Positions 58,284-64,000 of a DNA stretch of 64,000 bases are shown piece after piece (position 1 is the stretch's first letter; every line of letters begins with the position of its first letter). The position numbers and the translations under genes are program-made. Source of the stretch: Piromyces finnis finn (taxonomy: Eukaryota; Fungi; Neocallimastigomycota); the NCBI GenBank assembly GCA_002104945.1, contig MCFH01000028.1, forward strand, positions 496,001 through 560,000, read 5' to 3'. The notes under the pieces were generated by a model. The model made no database searches. It saw only the letters and a program-made list of their open reading frames with translations, and was not told the origin of the DNA.

Positions 58284-59154
58284 TTAATCAATAAATAAAT
58301 TATCTTTGTTATCAAATCCTAAAACATTTAAATAAATTATTTAAAATTAAAATTAATAAAATCATTTTTGCTTTATTACTTTTAAAACAATTATATAAAA
58401 AAAAAATATAACAATAATTACCATCATAATCATCTTGTGAAATATTTATATCATCCAAAGCACCCAACGCTTCTGAAAAGAAATCCTTTTATTTCCATTA
58501 TAAAATATATGTTTAATTTTAGAAATTAAAAATAATTATATAATTATGAAACATTATAAGATACTTACAGATGTTTTAATATGTTTACTTTCTTGAGATT
58601 TTGAGGGTACAGCATTTCCAGTGTTTCCTATTGCTACTGAACTTATTTGCTTGTTTGATAATGAAGTTTTATTCTATACATTATATAAATAATTGACGTT
58701 ATTTATATGATATTTAATTTTATATAAAGTTTATATAATTATCCATACATAATAACTATTTGATTTATTAATTTTTTCAGAAGTTCTTGTTTTTATCATC
58801 TTTTTATTATCTGATTCTGGAATATGAATTACTTGATCGGATAAAATGTCGATACTACCTGATACCTTTATAATATTATAAATAATTAATAACCATATTA
58901 ATTAATTTAATATATTATATATTATTATATATTATATTTTCTTCTTTTATTACTCTTGTATCAAGTGAAACATCAATTTTATTGCGGAAGAATTTAAATT
59001 CATGCAATTCATCAAGCATTTTTTGATGACGTGACCAACTAAATAAGAAATGTGTTGCATCTCCATCTTGTTGATATTCTAAGAAATTTTCAGCATTTCT
59101 AATTTCACCTAATTGGCGTCTTAACTCTAGTTCATCCCCTAATAATATATTTAA

Positions 59155-59202
<48 letters not shown>

Positions 59203-60958
59203 TAATTATATATTTGCAATAATTACATATTTATTAATATTTTCATAGTTTCATAGTCATACTTTCGAATCTGTAATTTTCTTCAATTCATTTAATGCTT
59301 TTTTAGCAATTTCTTGAATCTGTCTTTCTAATTGAGAATTTAATTTATCAACTTCCTTTGATTGTGATTTTATTAAAGTAATTTGATTTATAATTTCAGT
59401 TCTTCTTGATTCTAATATTGAATCAGGCTACAAATAAATAATAATATATAAATATTAATATTTTTATAATAAATATATACTTATATTAAAGTTGATTTTA
59501 AAAATATCTTTAATTATATATAATCAAATAAAAAATATATAAATATGTATATATTTACAATGGATGATTCCTGACAAACAGTTTGATATGCTTCAGCAAC
59601 ACTAACTAATTTATGTTTTGCAGCTTCACCACTTGAATGGTGGCCAACCATTTTACAATATACACAAACAGGAATGTGACATTGAGAGCAAAAGAATTCG
59701 ATCATTTTATCCTTATGTTGACTACAAAAACCATAAATATCACCACCCTTATATAATTGTAATATAATAATTTATAATTTTAATTTCCTTTTTCAATAAT
59801 TAGTATAATTAGAATATTCTCTAGTATAATTCTACCTTTCCTATAGGTGTTCTAATATGACGACTAGCTAGCTTTGATTTATGTAAAGCTAAATCACATT
59901 CTTTACATAGATTAGCAGAATCAGATGCACAATAAACTTTTGCTTCAGCAACTTCACAATTATCACATATTGGTTTCTATAATATGTTATTATTATTTTA
60001 ATATAAATATTTTTATATATATCAAAATTTATGCAGTATATACCTCTCTTGATTTTTTTTCGATAGCAGGATCATATTTATAGTAAACAAGATATTGAGG
60101 TAAAATCTATCAAAAATTAATATTTTAATATTTTAATATTTAGTTTATTTAAAAAAAATAAAGCATATTAAGTATAATTGTTATTAATTACCTGTGCTGA
60201 TTCAGTTATATAATATTCATGATAATATTCATTTTCATCATCCTTTCTATCTAAATTTTCTCCATCTATCATTTATTTAGCAATAATTTAATTACAATAA
60301 AGATTATAAACAAACTAAATATTTTAGTATTTTATATTAAAATAATATAATTTAATATACCTTTCATAATGTAAAAACTATCATATCCTTCAGGCAATTC
60401 CGAGGAAGCTAAATTTTCTTTGGTTGTAGCATATGCCCTTCCCACACCAATTTTACATAATAATATTTTTTTAATATTATCATGATCTTTATATATATAT
60501 CATTATTATTAATTTATTAATTGACTGATAAAAAAATATTATTATTAATGTTTTACCATCTTTTGAAGAAGATTGTTTTATTTGGCCAACAGAAAATTTC
60601 ATTCCAGATTCGGAAGATGAAAATTTAAATCCTTCTTTAAATATATTTTCTTCTGTATTCTTTCCTACGAGATTACTTGAATCAACCCAACTATTAAGAG
60701 TAAGAATATCCTATTTTATAATATATAAAATTATTTCACTTAAATAAATATACATGGTATGTTATTATAAATTATGGTTTTGAATAATTAATATACCTTG
60801 CATCTTCTATCAAATTGAACACTTAAATGTGGGTTTGATACGACGAACGCATTCACAATTTCAACTGTAGATGCTTTTAATCCAAGTTGCAATAAATATT
60901 CAAGATATGAATATTGTGGAGATGAATAATTTAATTGAACTTTTTCTGTTGTTGCCAT
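58284..60958 (-). CDS. PARP-like domain + two B-box zinc fingers + coiled coil protein, multi-exon
   Basis: ILLCKIGVGRAY...LPEGYDSFY...HEYYITESAQ|ILPQYLVYY; B-box1 CDNCE...C..D...LCKECD...H; B-box2 CSQH...FFCSQCHIPVCVYC...H...H; heptad region follows. Confidence 0.8.
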
Positions 60959-62790
60959 TAAAATATTATATTGTTTAAAAATGAATATGTATTTATTATA
61001 TTATAAAAGTTTGCTACTAAAAATTATTAATTAAAAATAAAAAAAAAAAAAAAAGTTAAAGAAAGATATTACATCGAAAATTAATTTTTATAAATAAATT
61101 ATATTATTGAAAATTAACATAGTATATTGAATTATAATTATTAATAAAAATTTATCCCAAAAAATTTTATATTTATATTATTATATATAAAAAAAATTAT
61201 ATAATAAACTTTATTAAATATAAATATTTATATTAAAATTAGGTAACTGATAAAGTTTATGATGTGGGTATTAAACTTGTTTTTATCTGTGTAATACAAA
61301 ACAAATAATAATAAAAAGCTTAATTTTTGAAAAAGAATTTTATCTTTTATCGAATTTTAATATACACTATAATATTTTAATACATATTTACTTATAAGAC
61401 ATTAAATTATATATAAAGGTTATAAATCTTTTTTATTATAAAATATTCATAGTTTATTAAAATAATGATAATAATAAAAACAAGAAAGAAAAATAAATAA
61501 GAAATATTAAACAAATATTATATATATTATACTTGCAGCACTTTTTATTTTTTAATGTTTAAAAATAATATAATTCTATATACACAACTAAAATATAAAT
61601 ATAATATTTAAATATTTAAATAGTACCTATTTGAAATTTATATGTGATGTGATGTATATTTAATAATAACAAAATCATATATAAAACTTGTGGATTTTTT
61701 TTTTAATTAAATGAAATTTAATAATTCAAAATTTTAAAAATTTATTTTTCTTATTAATTAAATTTTTAATTATAATTTAATTAAAGTTTCATTTATTATT
61801 AGGATATAGCAATTAATTTGAACTATATTTTTTATTTTTTATTAAAAATGAAAATATAATAAAGTAATAACTAATAAAATAATTTGAATAATGATGTTAA
61901 AATATATATAACAACTTAATATATTATTGTTTTACTATTTCTTCTTATTAAAAAAAAATAAATAAATAAAGTGAATTTGTTAGTAATTAACAATATTTAA
62001 AAAATCATTAATATGTATATGCTTTGCTATTATTGACTAGTAAACTACACAGAAGGATAACACATATATAAACGAAAAATACCTTATATTCGTAAATACT
62101 CAATTTTAAAGTACATATTTTGATTATCAAAAATATTTATATAAAAAATATAAATATAAAAAGGAATACAATGATAAAATGAAGCAATAAAGGAATAAAT
62201 AATATATAACAAAAAAGCATGTTAGCTCGTAATAAATACATTCAATTCATCCAATAACTTGGTTAATATTATTTCAGTAACATATTCTTAACTTTTAAAA
62301 ATACAAATAAGTTAAATTTAATAATAATGATAGTTAAAGAAAATGATAATATCGATATATGATTTTTTTTTTTTTTAAATATAAATGTATAAAGTGATTA
62401 TAAAAATAATTGAAATAAAAAAAGAAAACAAAAAAAAAATAATAACTATGAATTTTAATATATCACAGCCTTGAAGCAATACCTATTACATCATAATAAT
62501 TTAAATACTAATAGTTAATTAATTATACCACAACTCTTAATTATATACAAAATAATACAAAGAATAAAAAATAAAAACAATACTATAATTTTTTTTCTTC
62601 CTTTTCTTACTAGCAATGTAGAAATATAAAAGAATTAACCGTTTAAATTATAATGTATATACCTTTTTTAGCACAAAATTCTATATACAATAAATAATAT
62701 CAAGAGGATGAAATAATACAAAGATTTTTCTAAAATTTTCTAAAATATTTAAAAATACATCAATATAATCCTAAATATATTAATTAAAAA

Positions 62791-64000
62791 ATGGGAAAGA
62801 AAAATAAAATATTTGGAAATACATTAGATTATTTAGTCAAACGTGCCGAAGATGAGTTAAAAAAAACAAATATTAATTTAGATAGTAGTACAAAAAGCTT
62901 AAAAAAGAAACCTATTACAAGTAGATATGTAGTAAAGCATATTCCGCCTGAAATACAAGAATTCGTACAGTTTTTTACTAAGAATGAAGGTTGGCTGTTA
63001 TATATAATTTAACAAACATTTAATATACATTAATAAACATTACAATAATAATTTATTTTATATATATATATATAATATATACATTAAAATTAAATGACTT
63101 TAAAAAGTTTGGAATGTAGAAGGAATATTTAGAAAAAATTCATCAGTAAAAGACTTAAAAAAAGCCAAAAAAATAATAGAAGATGGTATATATTATATAA
63201 ATATAATGTTATTAATTACTAGATTATAATAGTTTATATGTATTAATTAAAAATATATAAAAATTTAGAGGGTTCATTAAATTTGGATAAATACGACAAA
63301 GGAGATTCAATATTAGTATCAGGATTATTTAAAAATTTTCTAGCGGAAATTCAAGGAAGAATTATACCATATAAAATATATATAAAACTTAAAGAAGCAA
63401 GTATGTTAATATTTTTTAAACTTCATTAATAAAATATGTAATTAGAAACTTTTCAATACTAATTAATACATAATTTTTATGAAATGTTTATTTTTATAAG
63501 AAACTGATGCAGATTTAAAAGAAGTACTAAAAGAATTACCAATAAATAATTATGAGACATTAAATTACATTAATCAATTTGTTTTAAAAATTAATGACCA
63601 TTGTGAAACAAATTATATGAATTTATCAAATCTTAGTATTGTAATAGGACCAAATCTCTTCGAACTAACTAATGATGAAATGGTAAATTTGAACATTACT
63701 GTAATATCATCAGATATATATAAAAATATTCTACGAATAAGAAAAACTGAAAGAGATAATGCAGAAGTACATATTAATATTATTGTATTAATTTATTTTA
63801 ATAATTATAAAAAGTATATTTAAGTTTTTCAAAAAAAAAAAACAATATTTATTAATAATAAATAATAATATAGGGTACTTCAAGTATAGATCAATCTAAT
63901 TCGGATAGGTAAATATTATGACATGATAGTATTATTATATTTATGACATAGGAGCATATAAATATTTTTCAACTAATATAATGATTAAATTAAAATTATC
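62791..64000 (+). CDS. RhoGAP domain protein, 5' part (probably continues beyond the window)
   Basis: IFGNTL; spliced NVEGIFRK (arginine finger); VSGLFKNFLAE; LP.NNYETL; NYMNLSNLSIVIGPNL. Confidence 0.88.

Overview
Extremely AT-rich, intron-containing eukaryotic DNA. The fungal type I FAS, very low intergenic GC and long A/T/AAT tracts point to an early-diverging fungus, most plausibly an anaerobic gut fungus (Neocallimastigomycota; inference). Recognisable genes: acetyl-CoA acetyltransferase (-), U6 snRNA (+), a single-chain fungal fatty acid synthase of about 4143 aa with two tandem ACP domains (-), a secreted HExxH metallopeptidase (-), tafazzin (+), eIF2B epsilon (+), a DIS3L-type exoribonuclease (-) head-to-head with the minor-spliceosome protein SNRNP35 (+), a PARP-like/double B-box protein (-) and a partial RhoGAP (+). 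Accessory DNA: two paralogous intronless orphan ORFs near the window start, the first enclosed by about 230-bp inverted repeats and the second broken by one in-frame TAG; a secreted His/Pro-rich repeat protein; and three co-oriented decayed LINE fragments. Best leads: the inverted-repeat-bounded orphan gene pair, the U6 with an extra 3' UUCG hairpin, SNRNP35 and DIS3L retained in a fungus, and the homogenised double ACP. All alignments and exon joins were done by eye.
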